NCBI GenBank assembly: GCA_963799985.1
Contig: CAWCZC010000005.1
Span: 448,977 to 512,976 of the forward strand
DNA: 64,000 nucleotides
Direction of reading: 5' to 3'
Origin: an uncultured Alphaproteobacteria bacterium
Lineage (GTDB): Bacteria; Pseudomonadota; Alphaproteobacteria; Sphingomonadales; Sphingomonadaceae
Shown: positions 1-11,084 of the stretch, one piece after another
How the letters are laid out: every line of letters begins with the position of its first letter
Position numbering within the stretch: the stretch's first letter is position 1
The notes under the pieces: model-generated
Database searches by the model: none
Seen by the model: only the letters and a program-made list of their open reading frames with translations
Told to the model about the DNA's origin: nothing
Program-made: the position numbers and the translations under genes

Positions 1-535
1 TTGAAAGCGCGCGCACTTGTTGGAGAAAATAGAGGTTGAGGCCGATGCTGAGTGCGAGCGTCATGCCAAGGAGCAGCGCCAGCCCGAGCTGGCCGCGAGG
101 CCGCTTTTTCGGTTCGACGTCAACATCGCGCTTCGACGGGGGCTCGGCGCATGCGGCAAGGGTGCGCGCGATCGTCAGAGGGGATGAGAATAGTGGGCCC
201 GCCTTCTCGATCCCCCAGAAGCGGCGAAGCAGGCCCTCCGTGTTTCTGCGAAGATCACCGATGAGAGTCCGAGCGTTCGATGGCTCGACATGCGCCGGGG
301 AAAGGAAGCCCTCGCCGACGATGACCGCTCGGCCGGCCTAGTCCAGCACGGTCGAGCCGTCAGCGGCCGCTTCGCACAAGGTGAAGTAGAGATGCCACGG
401 AATGCCCGAAATCGTGACGGTCGCCTCGTTCATGCCGGACATCTGGCCGTCCAGTGCCTGTTCGAGCGCTCGGATCGCCTCCCGGTTGTCCAGCAGCAGC
501 CCGGGCAGGACCAGGAAGGAATAGTCCGTCGGGGC
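1..535 (-). pseudogene. 5'-truncated membrane-anchored hypothetical protein, probable partner of the adjacent GTPase; in-frame TAG at 338-340; runs off the window
   Basis: Not in the ORF track. Manual translation gives PTDYSFLVLPGLLLDNREAIRALEQ...VLD*AGRAVIVGEGFL...LLRRFWG...GQLGLALLLGMTLALSIGLNLYFLQQ: about 175 codons with one stop and a C-terminal hydrophobic helix. Confidence 0.55.
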
Positions 536-1246
536 GGGATTTGGCTCCCGCGACCTTGGCCATGCGCCCGTTGTCGAGAAGTTGCGCGAAGCCTCGTCCC
601 ACCGCGCTCAGGGGGATCAGCCATGTCGTCAGGCCATAGCTTTGCCGCTTCGCCAGCAGATCGCGAAATGCCTCGATCGTGCGGAGGAGCTTGGACACGT
701 CGTCGAGTTCGTTCTGATTGTCGAGAATATCCCACTTCGTAATGACGAAGTGCAGAGGCTTGCTCACGTTGCGTCCGATCAGATGCAATATAGCCTTGAG
801 CTCGTCTTCGACCGCCTTGTGAAGTTTCCCATCTCCGGTCAGCGCCGTGAGGACCTTCGCGCCATCGAGCAGAACCAGATAGGCATCGCTTTCATCGAAC
901 CGCTTGAAGAAATCGTCGTTCCGCTCGGCGTCGCCAGTCAGCAGGCCGCCGGGAAAATCGAGATATTGGAGCTTGGTTACGACGTATCCTCGTGCTTGCT
1001 GTTGGGTATGACGCAATCGAAGGGAAAATCGCGATACTGCGACCCCATGGTTCCCGGCGGCCACCCCCGTTCGGGGTTTTCGATATCCCGATAAAGCTTG
1101 ATGAGCTCCTGGGCGCGCGCCGCTTCGGTTCTCAAACTGAAGCAGGTATCCACGCGCTCCATCGCGAGCCGGTCATAGAGGCTCGCGAGATAGGCCGACT
1201 TTCCCGCGCCGGACACGCCTAGAGGCACGATCTTTGTGGGCTTCAT
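536..1246 (-). pseudogene. TRAFAC-class GTPase domain protein, frameshifted near 990-1010 and apparently 3'-truncated
   Basis: G1 GVSGAGKS and G2 WPPGT in ORF 977..1246; G3 DFPG, G4 TKWD and G5 LSA in ORF 360..1064. Confidence 0.75.
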
Positions 1247-1507
1247 GTCGCTTGTTCCATTTTCAGGTGACGCAGAGGCGTGCTGATGAAGCGAGAACAG
1301 GCGACCGGCTGCCGAACACTACGATGGCGCCGACAATTACTTATGGCACGTTCCTGTCATAGTCGATGTGGCTTCGCAGCGGGCATCTACGGACGCGAGA
1401 TCGTCCGACTGAAGCCGGGGCGCTCCGCGCGTTGACGTTGCGCCGAGCCCGAAAACGCGCTTATAGGCTCGGCCCCTGACTCTTCCCCGGACGAGGATCT
1501 CCTCATC

Positions 1508-2558
1508 GTGGCCAAATCGCCCGCCAAGAAAGCTTCCAACCCGCCCGCGACACCCAACCGCGAGCGCCCCGACGAACCGGAACGGTACAAGGCCAGCAAG
1601 GACGAGCTGCTCGGCTTCTACAAGCAGATGCTGCTGATCCGCCGCTTCGAGGAGCGCGCCGGCCAGCTCTATGGGCTCGGCTTCATCGGCGGCTTCTGCC
1701 ATCTCTACATCGGCCAGGAAGCGGTCGCTGTGGGACTCCAGTCGGCGCTCGACGGCGACAAGGACAGCGTGATCACCGGCTATCGCGATCACGGCCATAT
1801 GCTGGCCTACGGCATCGACCCCAAGGTCATCATGGCCGAGTTGACCGGGCGCCAAGCCGGCATCTCGAAGGGCAAGGGCGGCTCGATGCACATGTTCTCC
1901 ACCGAGAAGAAGTTCTACGGCGGCCATGGCATCGTCGGCGCGCAGGTCTCGCTCGGCACCGGCCTCGCGTTCGCGCACAAGTACAACGAGGACGGCGGCG
2001 TCACGCTGGCCTATTTCGGTGACGGCGCGGCAAACCAGGGCCAGGTCTATGAGAGCTTCAACATGGCCGAGCTGTGGAAGCTGCCGATCATCTATGTGAT
2101 CGAGAACAACCAATATGCGATGGGCACCAGCGTCAACCGCTCGTCGGCCGAGGACCAGCTCTACAAGCGCGGCGAAAGCTTCCGCATCCCCGGCATCCAG
2201 GTCGACGGGATGGACGTGCTCGCCTGCCGCGGCGCCGCCGAGGAGGCGCTGGCCTGGGTCCGCGCGGGCAAGGGGCCGATCATCCTCGAGATGAAGACCT
2301 ATCGATATCGCGGCCACTCGATGTCCGATCCCGCCAAGTACCGCAGCCGCGAGGAAGTCCAGGCGGTGCGTGACAAGTCCGACCCGATCGAGCAGGCCAA
2401 GAAGGAGCTCGAGGCAATGGGAATGAAGGAGGACGACTTCAAGCCGATCGAGACGGAGATCCGCAAGATCGTTGTACGAAGCAGCTGATTTTGCTGAACA
2501 AACTCCAGAGCCGGAGCCCGCCGAACTGTACACCGACGTGCTGGTGGAGTCCTACTGA
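1508..2558 (+). CDS. pdhA: Pyruvate dehydrogenase E1 alpha (one-base indel near 2475, probably a sequencing error)
   Basis: [20 protein letters not shown] (TPP motif), [11 protein letters not shown]. The shifted frame gives the normal end [26 protein letters not shown] with a TGATG overlap onto pdhB. Confidence 0.95.
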
Positions 2559-3970
2559 TGGCGATCGAACTCAAGATGCCGGCGCTGTCGCCCACGATGG
2601 AAGAAGGCACGCTCGCCAAGTGGCTGGTCAAGGAAGGCGACACGGTCAAGTCGGGCGACATCCTCGCCGAGATCGAGACCGACAAGGCGACGATGGAATT
2701 CGAGGCGGTCGACGAAGGCACGATCGGCCAGATCCTGGTCCCCGAGGGCACCGATAACGTCAAGGTCGGCACCGTGATCGCGACGATCGCGGGCGAGGGC
2801 GAGGACACCACGCCGGCGCCCGCCGCGCCCAAGCACGAGCCCGAGGTCGCCAAGAAGGCCGAAGCGCCGCCCGCGCCCGAATCCTCAAGCCCGCAGCCGC
2901 ACCAGGTCGAGACCGGCGCGCGGCAGATGTTCGAGGCCGCCAAGCACGACGCCACCGTCGCCGACCCTCAGGTTCCCGCGGGCACCGAGATGGTCAAGGT
3001 CACGCTGCGCGAGGCGCTGCGCGATGCGATGGCCGAGGAGATGCGCGCCGACAGCCGTGTGTTCGTGATGGGTGAGGAAGTCGCCGAGTATCAGGGCGCG
3101 TACAAGGTGACCCAGGGCCTGCTCGACGAGTTCGGGCCCAAGCGCGTGATCGACACGCCGATCACCGAATACGGCTTCGCCGGCGTCGGTACCGGCGCGG
3201 CGATGGGCGGGCTCCGCCCGATCGTCGAGTTCATGACCTTCAACTTCGCGATGCAGGCGATCGACCACATCATGAACTCCGCCGCCAAGACCAATTACAT
3301 GTCCGGCGGGCAGATGCGCTGCCCGATCGTGTTCCGCGGGCCCAACGGCGCCGCGAGCCGCGTCGGCGCCCAGCATTCGCAGAACTACGGGCCCTGGTAT
3401 GCCAGCGTCCCCGGGCTGATCGTGATCGCGCCCTATGACGCGGCCGACGCCAAGGGGCTGCTCAAGGCGGCGATCCGCACCGAGGATCCGGTGGTCTTCC
3501 TCGAGAACGAATTGCTCTACGGCCGCAGCTTCGAAGTGCCCAAGCTCGACGACTGGGTGCTGCCGATCGGCAAGGCGCGGATCGTGCGGCCGGGCAAGGA
3601 CGTGACGATCGTCAGCTATTCGATCGGCGTCGGCCTCGCGCTCGAGGCGGCCGAGGCGCTGGCGGGCGAGGGGATCGACGCCGAGGTGGTCGATCTGCGC
3701 ACGCTGCGCCCGCTCGACACCTCGACGGTGCTCGCGAGCCTCAAGAAGACCAACCGGATGGTGGTGGTCGAGGAGGGCTGGCCGGTCTGCTCGATCTCGA
3801 GCGAGATCATCGCGGTGGCGATGACCGAGGGCTTCGACGACCTCGACGCGCCGGTACTGCGTGTGACCAACGAGGACGTGCCGCTGCCTTACGCCGCCAA
3901 CCTCGAGAAGCTGGCGCTGGTGAACTCGGCGCGGGTGATCGAGGCGGTGAAGAAGGTGACGTACCGCTGA
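2558..3970 (+). CDS. pdhB: Pyruvate dehydrogenase E1 beta with N-terminal lipoyl domain
   Basis: [11 protein letters not shown]...[10 protein letters not shown] lipoyl domain; [14 protein letters not shown]; DTPITE. Confidence 0.97.
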   Translation: MAIELKMPALSPTMEEGTLAKWLVKEGDTVKSGDILAEIETDKATMEFEAVDEGTIGQILVPEGTDNVKVGTVIATIAGEGEDTTPAPAAPKHEPEVAKKAEAPPAPESSSPQPHQVETGARQMFEAAKHDATVADPQVPAGTEMVKVTLREALRDAMAEEMRADSRVFVMGEEVAEYQGAYKVTQGLLDEFGPKRVIDTPITEYGFAGVGTGAAMGGLRPIVEFMTFNFAMQAIDHIMNSAAKTNYMSGGQMRCPIVFRGPNGAASRVGAQHSQNYGPWYASVPGLIVIAPYDAADAKGLLKAAIRTEDPVVFLENELLYGRSFEVPKLDDWVLPIGKARIVRPGKDVTIVSYSIGVGLALEAAEALAGEGIDAEVVDLRTLRPLDTSTVLASLKKTNRMVVVEEGWPVCSISSEIIAVAMTEGFDDLDAPVLRVTNEDVPLPYAANLEKLALVNSARVIEAVKKVTYR

Positions 3971-3976
3971 TTTCTG

Positions 3977-4003
3977 AGCCTCCCCTTCAGGGGAGGGGCT
4001 TTA
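3977..4003. terminator. Hairpin between convergent pdhB and tadE
   Basis: CCTCCCC-TTCA-GGGGAGG followed by a short T run. Confidence 0.5.
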
Positions 4004-4009
4004 GAAGGT

Positions 4010-4663
4010 TCAGCAGCTGCTCGCCGTCGCGTGCTCGGTGTTGTAGATCTGGGTGAGGTCGCGAGTGTCGCGGACCATCATCGAGGCGACCTCGGTGAAG
4101 TTGGTGGTCGGCGAGAGCGACGTCTTCACCAGCGGCTGATATTCGTAATAGACCTCGACGAACATCGTTGCGCCGCCGTCCGCGGCGATCGTCTGGCGGC
4201 CGGTGGGACCCATGCCGTTGAGGTTGGTCTGGCCGGCGGTGCCATAGGTCGAGGCATGGCTGGTCTTGGCGCCCGAGCAGCGCTGCCACACGATCTTGTA
4301 CTTGCCGGTCGTGTTGGGATTGGCGATCGGCTCGAGGTCCGAGAGGATCACGCGGCCGTAGGTGTAGAGCCCCATCTCGCCCGATTGGAGGCCGGCGCCG
4401 GTCAACACGTCGTTGATGTCGGTCTCGCTGATCGTTTTGGCCTGGAGCTGCGAGCCGTCGCCCATGCGCGCGGCATTATCCGCCAGATGGAGCGCGATCT
4501 GGCTGATCCGCATCTTGGTGGTGATGTAGTTGGTGAGCTCGGCGCCGGTCAGCGCCATCGTCAGCAGGATCGGCAGCGATAGCGCGAACTCGAGCATCGC
4601 CACGCCGCGCGCATCGCGGCGGAATGCGCGGAAGCGGCGGAGAAGGGTGCGGATGCGAGTCAC
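4010..4663 (-). CDS. TadE/TadF-like pseudopilin
   Basis: Prepilin motif RDARG|VAMLEFALSLP; GTGA overlap with the upstream gene. Confidence 0.88.
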   Translation of the reverse strand: MTRIRTLLRRFRAFRRDARGVAMLEFALSLPILLTMALTGAELTNYITTKMRISQIALHLADNAARMGDGSQLQAKTISETDINDVLTGAGLQSGEMGLYTYGRVILSDLEPIANPNTTGKYKIVWQRCSGAKTSHASTYGTAGQTNLNGMGPTGRQTIAADGGATMFVEVYYEYQPLVKTSLSPTTNFTEVASMMVRDTRDLTQIYNTEHATASSC

Positions 4664-5325
4664 GTGCAGTGCCTCACCACCGGCGAGGCATAACTTCCCT
4701 GGTCGCCGTAGGGCTGGTTCGCGAGCACGGTCGCGCCGCTGATGGTGGTAGTGTGCGAGCCGCCGACGAAATTGTAGATCGGGAAGAAGCGCGGATAGCT
4801 GACGGTCACGGTGTAGAGCACCGCATCCTTCGCACCGCCCTGGCCGGCGTCGGCGCCGTCCTTGTCCCAATTGCTGTTGAGATTGTCGTCCTCATAGGGC
4901 TCGCCGGCGTCGCAGGTGCCGTTGTGGTTGGTGTCGGTCCAGGGCTCGGCGGCGGCGGCGGCGGCCTTGGAGAAGGTGCGGTAGTAGCGCCGCGTGATCG
5001 TCACCGTCGAATTGTTCGCAAGCGCTCGAACCTGCGCCTTCACTTCGTTGTCGAGCGTGGTCTGCTCGTCGGCATCGGTGCCGCTCTCGAGCGCCGCGTC
5101 GCGCCCGACCTTCTGGACGATGCCCTGGAGCACCGATCGCATGTAGAGCGTATGCGCGACATCGAACGCGCCGAGCAGGACCATGCCCATGACGGGCGCC
5201 ACGATCGCGAATTCGACGACCGTGGCGCCCCTCTCGTCGCGCCGGAGCGCGCGGATGTACCGGCAATAGGAAGCCACGAGCGCATCCGCCCGCGACAGCC
5301 AAGGATGGGAGACTTGCCGGTTCAT
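4660..5325 (-). CDS. TadE-like pseudopilin
   Basis: RDERG|ATVVEFAIVAP; EPWTDTNHNGTCDAGE insert; C-terminal NQPY. Start could be slightly downstream. Confidence 0.88.
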   Translation of the reverse strand: MNRQVSHPWLSRADALVASYCRYIRALRRDERGATVVEFAIVAPVMGMVLLGAFDVAHTLYMRSVLQGIVQKVGRDAALESGTDADEQTTLDNEVKAQVRALANNSTVTITRRYYRTFSKAAAAAAEPWTDTNHNGTCDAGEPYEDDNLNSNWDKDGADAGQGGAKDAVLYTVTVSYPRFFPIYNFVGGSHTTTISGATVLANQPYGDQGSYASPVVRHCT

Positions 5326-7322
5326 TTGGTTAGTCGGAGCTCTGAGATCTGCGAGGCGATCGAGGCGAAGGTCGACTGGATCTGCGCAGCGTTGTTCGCG
5401 CTGAAATACTTGCCCGAGGAAGCGCAGGCGGTGAGCCTCGTCACCGTCGTCGAATCGACGCTGCCGAAGGTGATCACCCACAGCGTGATGTTCTTGTTCT
5501 TGATCGCAGTGCACAGCGCGGTGGTGCGGGCGTTGACCTGTGCGGTGAGCGTGCCCGTGGTGGTGCAGCCGTCGGTGGGCGCGGTCGAGGCGCTGGTCTC
5601 GCGCCGGTCGAACCAGTTGACGCCATACGCGGTGTAGTTGCTGATACCGGTGCACGGATCGCCGTCGGTCATGAAGATCATGTGGCGCTCGATGTCGCCG
5701 CCCTGCGGGGTGGTGGCGTTTTCGGTCGAGAAGATGCCGGTCGGCGACATCAGCCGCGCACCCCACAGCAGGCCGATGTCGTGATAGGTGTTGCCGCTGG
5801 GCGTCAGGCTGTCGACATAGGTGTCGAACGCGCTGGCGTCGGTCCACGACTGCAGCTTCTTGGCGGGGGTCGGGCAATAATAGTCCGATCCGTTGACGTA
5901 GTTCGACGTCGTATACTGATCGGTCAGCGTCCAGGTGCCGCTGCCGCCGCCCCAGCCGCCGGGATCGCTGCGCGTGTAGATCATGTCGTCGAGCGCGGGG
6001 GCCCACAGCGTGGTCGAGTCGTTCTGGTTCGGCAGCAGATCGATGTCGAGATCCTTGGCGGCCGCCGGAATCGGATCGTAGCTCGATGCCCGAGTCGTCT
6101 GGCGCTCCTCGATGCAACCGTCCCAGGTGATCGTCTTGGCGGTGCCGTTGCTGCCGATCGGGAGCGTGAACGACGTGTTCCACGCGGTCCCGTTCTTGAG
6201 GCCAGAGATGTCCTGCGTGATCTGGCCGTAGTGCCAGCGGTTGAACGTCGTGGTAGGATATGTCGTCGTCACGTCGGTGCGCTTCCGGCGGCAGCTCTCG
6301 TTGGTGCCGCTGGTGTCCGAAGCGCCGTTATAGCCCCATTCGCCGCTGTTGCCGCCTTGGGTCGCCACGCCGTCATTCGGGAAGCTGCTGACGACGGTCG
6401 CGGTCGGGGCGGGGCCGCCGGAGTTGGTCGCGGTGGGAGAGAAGCCGGAAAACGACTGGTTGTTCATGAATTTGAGGCAGTCGGACTGGGAGATGGAACC
6501 GCCTGAATAGTTCTCCCAATAGGGGCCGTTCGTCGACGTTCCCCCGGTCGTCGTCGTCCACTGCGCCTCGCGCGACTGATACGGCCAGCTGTTCGCGAAA
6601 TAGGTGTTCGGCAGCAGATAGCCGACGTTGACGTTGGTCGAATAGGGCACGAAGCCGAAGCGGATCTGGACCTGGTTGCCGGTGCCGCCGCTGGGGGTGC
6701 CGGTGGTGCAGTTCGCGTCGGTATCGAGCTTAGCGACGATCTCGTAGAAGCATTTCACCGCGACCTTGAGCGACGCCATCTTGGATTGCGAATCGCCGCT
6801 GGGTGTGTCGCCCATCGATCCCGTGGTATCGAGCACGAACATGATGTCGGTGTTGGGCAGCCGCATCTCGGTCTCGCAGGTGACCGAGAGCGTTTCGGTG
6901 GGATGGCCGAAGATGCTCATCAGCGTCATGGGCAGGCTGGCCGACGCGGTTCCGGTCACCTTGCCGGCGTTTTCAGAAAAGGTGCGCGTCAGCCCCGACG
7001 AGCCATAGGCGCCCGACTGGAAGTTGGCGTCGAAGAACTTCGTCGCCGCGACGTTCGGATAGTTTGCGGTCCCGTTGACGGTCTGCGACCAAGTGCCGCC
7101 GCCCATCGCCTTGCGCCCGGCGAGCGCGCCGGCGTCGCAGGCATGTTGCAGCCGGGTCTTGACGATGTACATGCGGCTGATGTCGACGCCGCCGCCGACC
7201 ATGCCCGCGAGCGGGATCAACGCCATCGCCATGATGCCGAGCGTGCTCGCGCGGGCGTCGCGCAAAAGCGCACCCAGGAATCCCCGTGCGCGATGCATGG
7301 TGCGATGGTTCGAATCCGACAT
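5322..7322 (-). CDS. TadG-like pilus protein with vWA domain
   Basis: N-terminal Tad helix (GGVDISR...LQHACDAGALAG); MIDAS FVLDTTGSM...FMTDG; WDGCIEER. Confidence 0.9.
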   Translation of the reverse strand: MSDSNHRTMHRARGFLGALLRDARASTLGIMAMALIPLAGMVGGGVDISRMYIVKTRLQHACDAGALAGRKAMGGGTWSQTVNGTANYPNVAATKFFDANFQSGAYGSSGLTRTFSENAGKVTGTASASLPMTLMSIFGHPTETLSVTCETEMRLPNTDIMFVLDTTGSMGDTPSGDSQSKMASLKVAVKCFYEIVAKLDTDANCTTGTPSGGTGNQVQIRFGFVPYSTNVNVGYLLPNTYFANSWPYQSREAQWTTTTGGTSTNGPYWENYSGGSISQSDCLKFMNNQSFSGFSPTATNSGGPAPTATVVSSFPNDGVATQGGNSGEWGYNGASDTSGTNESCRRKRTDVTTTYPTTTFNRWHYGQITQDISGLKNGTAWNTSFTLPIGSNGTAKTITWDGCIEERQTTRASSYDPIPAAAKDLDIDLLPNQNDSTTLWAPALDDMIYTRSDPGGWGGGSGTWTLTDQYTTSNYVNGSDYYCPTPAKKLQSWTDASAFDTYVDSLTPSGNTYHDIGLLWGARLMSPTGIFSTENATTPQGGDIERHMIFMTDGDPCTGISNYTAYGVNWFDRRETSASTAPTDGCTTTGTLTAQVNARTTALCTAIKNKNITLWVITFGSVDSTTVTRLTACASSGKYFSANNAAQIQSTFASIASQISELRLTK

Positions 7323-7433
7323 ACGCGTTCCCACTCCCCGATCGAACGGTGTTATGCCGCCGTCTGGGATAACTCCGCATAAAGCGGTGCGGTTAACAGG
7401 CCGTTGTCGTCACACCGTGGCAAAGCCGGCGGC

Positions 7434-8092
7434 ATGACGTCAGATGACCCTGAACGCGGGTTGATCCTGGCCTATGCGCCAGCCGCGGGGCGAGGGGCGC
7501 TCGCGGCGCTGCTCGCGCTCGATGACGCGCTCGCACAAGTGCTGCGCACCACCCGCGAACCTGCGTTGGGGCAGCTGAGGCTCGCCTGGTGGCGCGAGGC
7601 GCTCGAGCAGCTTGATAACTCCGCAGGGCCCGCCGAGCCGGTGCTGCGCGCGCTGGCCGCCTACGCGCTTCCCCAGGAGAAGTCACGGGCGCTCGGCTGG
7701 CAGGTCTGGTGAGCGGGTGGGAGGTGCTGATCGAGGCTGAACGGCTCGATGCGAACGCGCTCGCAACCTATGCCGAGGGGAGAGGCGCGTTGTTTACCCT
7801 CGCGGGGGTCGCCCTGGCGGCATCACCGGGCGATCCGCTGGCGGCGGCAGGGCGGGGCTGGGCGCTTGCCGACCTGGCGCGCAACCTCGCGGACCCGGGA
7901 GAAGCGGCGGTGGCGCGGACGATGGCCGCGCCCTGGCTCGACGTGGCGGGCGCGGCCCATTGGAGCCGGAACGCGCGGGCGCTCGGCGCCATGACGCATC
8001 TCGCGCGGCTCGATCTTGCGGACAGTCGTTCGCCGACCGGTGCGCCGGCCCGAGTCGCGCGATTGCTCTGGCATCGGATGACCGGACGCTAG
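7434..8092 (+). CDS. Squalene/phytoene synthase-like protein (indel near 7675-7710)
   Basis: TTREPALGQLRLAWWREAL motif; continues in ORF 7709..8092. Confidence 0.8.
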
Positions 8093-8158
8093 GCCGGGCT
8101 TGTGCGGCGTGGCGCGGGGAGTAGCTTCGTCGAGATCGAACTCAGGGGAGATCGGGCG

Positions 8159-8650
8159 ATGTGGCGCTATTTAGCGGGCGGGGGTGCGGTGCTGCTGCTG
8201 GTCGTGGCCGGCATGTTCCTGTTCCGGGGATCGGCGAGCCCGGAGGCGCACAAGGCGCCGCCGCCCGCGCCCGTCGCCGCCGCGTCCGAGGAGCCGCTGC
8301 CCGACGAACCGCCGAGCGCCGACGACCGGACGCGTGAGCAGAAACGCTTCGACCGGATCGACAAGGACAAGAACGAGGCAGTGTCGCGCGACGAGTTCTT
8401 CGCGCTGCGCCACAAGCTGTTCGCGAAGATGGACACGGATCATGACGGCAAGCTGAGCTTCGACGAATGGGCGATCCGCGGCATCCGCCGCTTCGCTGAG
8501 GCCGACCGCGACAAGTCCGGCACGCTCACCCGCGCCGAATTCGCCACCACCGCGATGAAGCGCAAGGCGGGCGGGGCGAGGCCGAGATGCGATTGCCGCA
8601 AGGCGGAAGCGCGCGCGGCGAAGGACGAGGGGGACGGCGAGGAGAATTAG
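8159..8650 (+). CDS. Membrane-anchored EF-hand protein
   Basis: [24 protein letters not shown] and [12 protein letters not shown] loops; N-terminal TM helix. Confidence 0.85.
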   Translation: MWRYLAGGGAVLLLVVAGMFLFRGSASPEAHKAPPPAPVAAASEEPLPDEPPSADDRTREQKRFDRIDKDKNEAVSRDEFFALRHKLFAKMDTDHDGKLSFDEWAIRGIRRFAEADRDKSGTLTRAEFATTAMKRKAGGARPRCDCRKAEARAAKDEGDGEEN

Positions 8651-9960
8651 GCCGCCATCCACGCCGCCAGTGCGTCGCGCGCTCGTCCGGTGTAGAGCAA
8701 CTTGCGGTCGGCCTTCTTCGAGCGCCCCGGGATCGGCGGGAACAGGCCGAAGTTGACGTTCATCGGCTGGTAGGTCTCGGCCTCCGCGCCGCCGGTGATG
8801 TGCGCGAGCAGGGCGCCGAGCGCGGTTTCGGGCGGGGGCGGGGCGAGGCTTCCGCCCGCGAGCTCCGCCGCGGCGAAGCGCCCGGCGAGCAGCCCGATCG
8901 CGGCGCTTTCGACATAGCCCTCGCAGCCGGTGATCTGCCCGGCGAAGCGGATACGCGGGCGCGACTTGAGACGCAGCACGGGATCGAGCAGCTCGGGCGA
9001 CTTGATGAAAGTGTTGCGATGCAGCCCGCCCAGCCGCGCGAATTCAGCGTTTGAGAGACCAGGAATCGTCCGAAATAGAGTAACTTGATCGGCATATTTT
9101 AGTTTTGTCTGGAAGCCGACCATATTCCACAACGTGCCGCTGGCGTTATCCTGGCGGAGCTGGACGACGGCATAGGGCCAGCGCCCAGTGCGCGGATCGT
9201 CGAGCCCGACCGGCTTCATCGGGCCGTAGCGCAGCGTGTCGACCCCGCGTTCCGCCATCACCTCGATCGGCATGCAGCCTTCGAAATAGGGCACGTTCTC
9301 CCACTCGCGGAATTCGGTCTTTTCGCCCGCGAGCAGCCCGGCGTGGAAAGCCAGGTACTGGTCCTTGTCCATCGCGCAGTTGATGTAATCCTTCCCTTCG
9401 CCCTTGTTCCACCGCGACTGGAACCAGGCCGTCGTCATGTCGATGCTCTCGAAATGGACGATCGGGGCAATCGCATCGAAGAAGGCGAGGGCATCCTTGC
9501 CGGTCGAGCCCGCGATGCTTTCGGCGAGCAAGGGCGCGGTGAGCGGGCCGGTGGCGACGATGGTGAGGCCCACGTCGGGGAGCACGTCCACCCGTTCGCG
9601 GACGATCTCGATGTTGGGATGCGCCTCCAGTGCGGCGGTGACGCCCGCGGCGAAGCCGTCGCGGTCGACGGCGAGCGCGGAGCCGGCGGGCACCTTGTGG
9701 ACATCCCCCTCGCGCAGGATCAAAGAGCTCAAGGCGCGCATCTCGGCGTGGAGCAGGCCCACCGCATTGCGATCGGCGTCGTCCGAGCGGAAGCTGTTCG
9801 AGCAGACCAGCTCGGCGAGCCGGTCGCCCTGGTGCGCCGGCGTCATGCTGCCGGATCCGCGCATCTCGGAGAGGCGCACCTTGTGCCCGGCCTCGGCGAG
9901 CTGCCAAGCGGCTTCGGAGCCGGCGAGGCCGCCGCCGATGATATGGATGTCGTGAGTCAC
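8647..9960 (-). CDS. trmFO: Folate/FAD-dependent tRNA (U54-C5) methyltransferase
   Basis: [45 protein letters not shown]. Confidence 0.97.
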   Translation of the reverse strand: MTHDIHIIGGGLAGSEAAWQLAEAGHKVRLSEMRGSGSMTPAHQGDRLAELVCSNSFRSDDADRNAVGLLHAEMRALSSLILREGDVHKVPAGSALAVDRDGFAAGVTAALEAHPNIEIVRERVDVLPDVGLTIVATGPLTAPLLAESIAGSTGKDALAFFDAIAPIVHFESIDMTTAWFQSRWNKGEGKDYINCAMDKDQYLAFHAGLLAGEKTEFREWENVPYFEGCMPIEVMAERGVDTLRYGPMKPVGLDDPRTGRWPYAVVQLRQDNASGTLWNMVGFQTKLKYADQVTLFRTIPGLSNAEFARLGGLHRNTFIKSPELLDPVLRLKSRPRIRFAGQITGCEGYVESAAIGLLAGRFAAAELAGGSLAPPPPETALGALLAHITGGAEAETYQPMNVNFGLFPPIPGRSKKADRKLLYTGRARDALAAWMAA

Positions 9961-10006
9961 GGCCGGGCAGATAGCGCAGCCGTGGCGCGCCCGCTATGCT
10001 GGCGCG

Positions 10007-10645
10007 ATGCGTTACAAGCCGATCGATCTGCTCGTCCTCGTCGCCCTGATCGCGGGCATGGCCTATTTCTGCGAATACCGGCTCGGCGCGCGCGGCGAAG
10101 TCATGATCGTCGCGAAGGGCACGTGCGTCGCGCTGCTGGCGGTGTGGGCGGGGGCGCAGGCGCGCAGCCTCGACGGCTGGCTGATCGCGGCGGTGATGGC
10201 GCTCGGCGCGCTGGGCGACGTGGTGATCGAGACCAGCGGCATGAAGGTGGGAGGGGCCGCATTCCTCGTCGCGCACATCGTCGCGATCGGGCTCTATCTG
10301 CGCAACGGCAGCGGCAGCCCGTGGATCGCCGCGGGGGTGGCGGTGGCGGTCGCGGCGATCGCGTGGTTCCTGCCGATCTTCCGCGACATGGCGCCCGGAT
10401 TCGCGCTCTATGCGCTGGGAGTGGGCGCGATGGCGGGGACCGCGCTGATCAGCCGGTTCCCCCGCAACAGCGTGGGCGCGGGCGCGTTGATGTTCGTGGC
10501 GTCGGACCTGTTGATCTTCTCGCGGTTCGGGCCGCTCCACGGCTCGGCGCTGCCCAGCTTGCTGGTCTGGCCGCTCTATGTCGCCGCGCAGACCTCGATC
10601 GCCTGGGGCGTCGTGACGACGCTGCGGCACGAGGCCGTGCCATGA
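10007..10645 (+). CDS. YhhN/lysoplasmalogenase family membrane protein
   Basis: GALGDV, AFLVAH, GALMFVASDLLI motifs; multiple TM helices. Confidence 0.85.
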   Translation: MRYKPIDLLVLVALIAGMAYFCEYRLGARGEVMIVAKGTCVALLAVWAGAQARSLDGWLIAAVMALGALGDVVIETSGMKVGGAAFLVAHIVAIGLYLRNGSGSPWIAAGVAVAVAAIAWFLPIFRDMAPGFALYALGVGAMAGTALISRFPRNSVGAGALMFVASDLLIFSRFGPLHGSALPSLLVWPLYVAAQTSIAWGVVTTLRHEAVP

Positions 10646-11073
10646 GGATCTTAACGATCGGCTACGAGCAGACGACGATGGCCGATTTCCTTGCGGCGCT
10701 CGCCCGCGCCGGAGTGGAGCGCGTGATCGATGTGCGCGCGCTGCCGTTGTCACGGCGACCGGGGTTCTCCAAGTCGAGCCTGGCCGCGAGCCTGAAGGAA
10801 GCGGGGATCGACTATGTCCACCTCAAGGCGCTCGGCACGCCCAAGCGCGGCCGCGATGCCGCCAAGAAGGGCGACCGAGCGACGCTCGAGGCGGTCTACG
10901 AGGACCAGCTGGGGCTGCCCGAGGCGCAGGCCGCGGCCGCGCGGATGCGTGTTCTGGCGGCGGAGAGGCCATCGGCGTTGCTCTGCTACGAGCGCGATCC
11001 GGCCTGCTGCCACCGTACCCTGCTGCTCGCCGCGGAGGGCGACGGCGCCGAAGTCATCGACCTGTACGCTTGA
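10642..11073 (+). CDS. DUF488 family protein
   Basis: ILTIGYE, DVRALPLSRRPGFSK, LLCYERDPACCHR; ATGA overlap with the upstream gene. Confidence 0.88.
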   Translation: MRILTIGYEQTTMADFLAALARAGVERVIDVRALPLSRRPGFSKSSLAASLKEAGIDYVHLKALGTPKRGRDAAKKGDRATLEAVYEDQLGLPEAQAAAARMRVLAAERPSALLCYERDPACCHRTLLLAAEGDGAEVIDLYA

Positions 11074-11084
11074 AGGAGGGGCTC

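Noticed and set aside
2460-2490. Programmed frameshifting in pdhA, nagE or nagF
   Set aside because: No slippery heptamer or stimulatory structure seen; many scattered indels favour sequencing error.
9343-11073. 576-aa ORF ending in DUF488
   Set aside because: The upstream part overlaps trmFO and yhhN out of frame; the true start is 10642.
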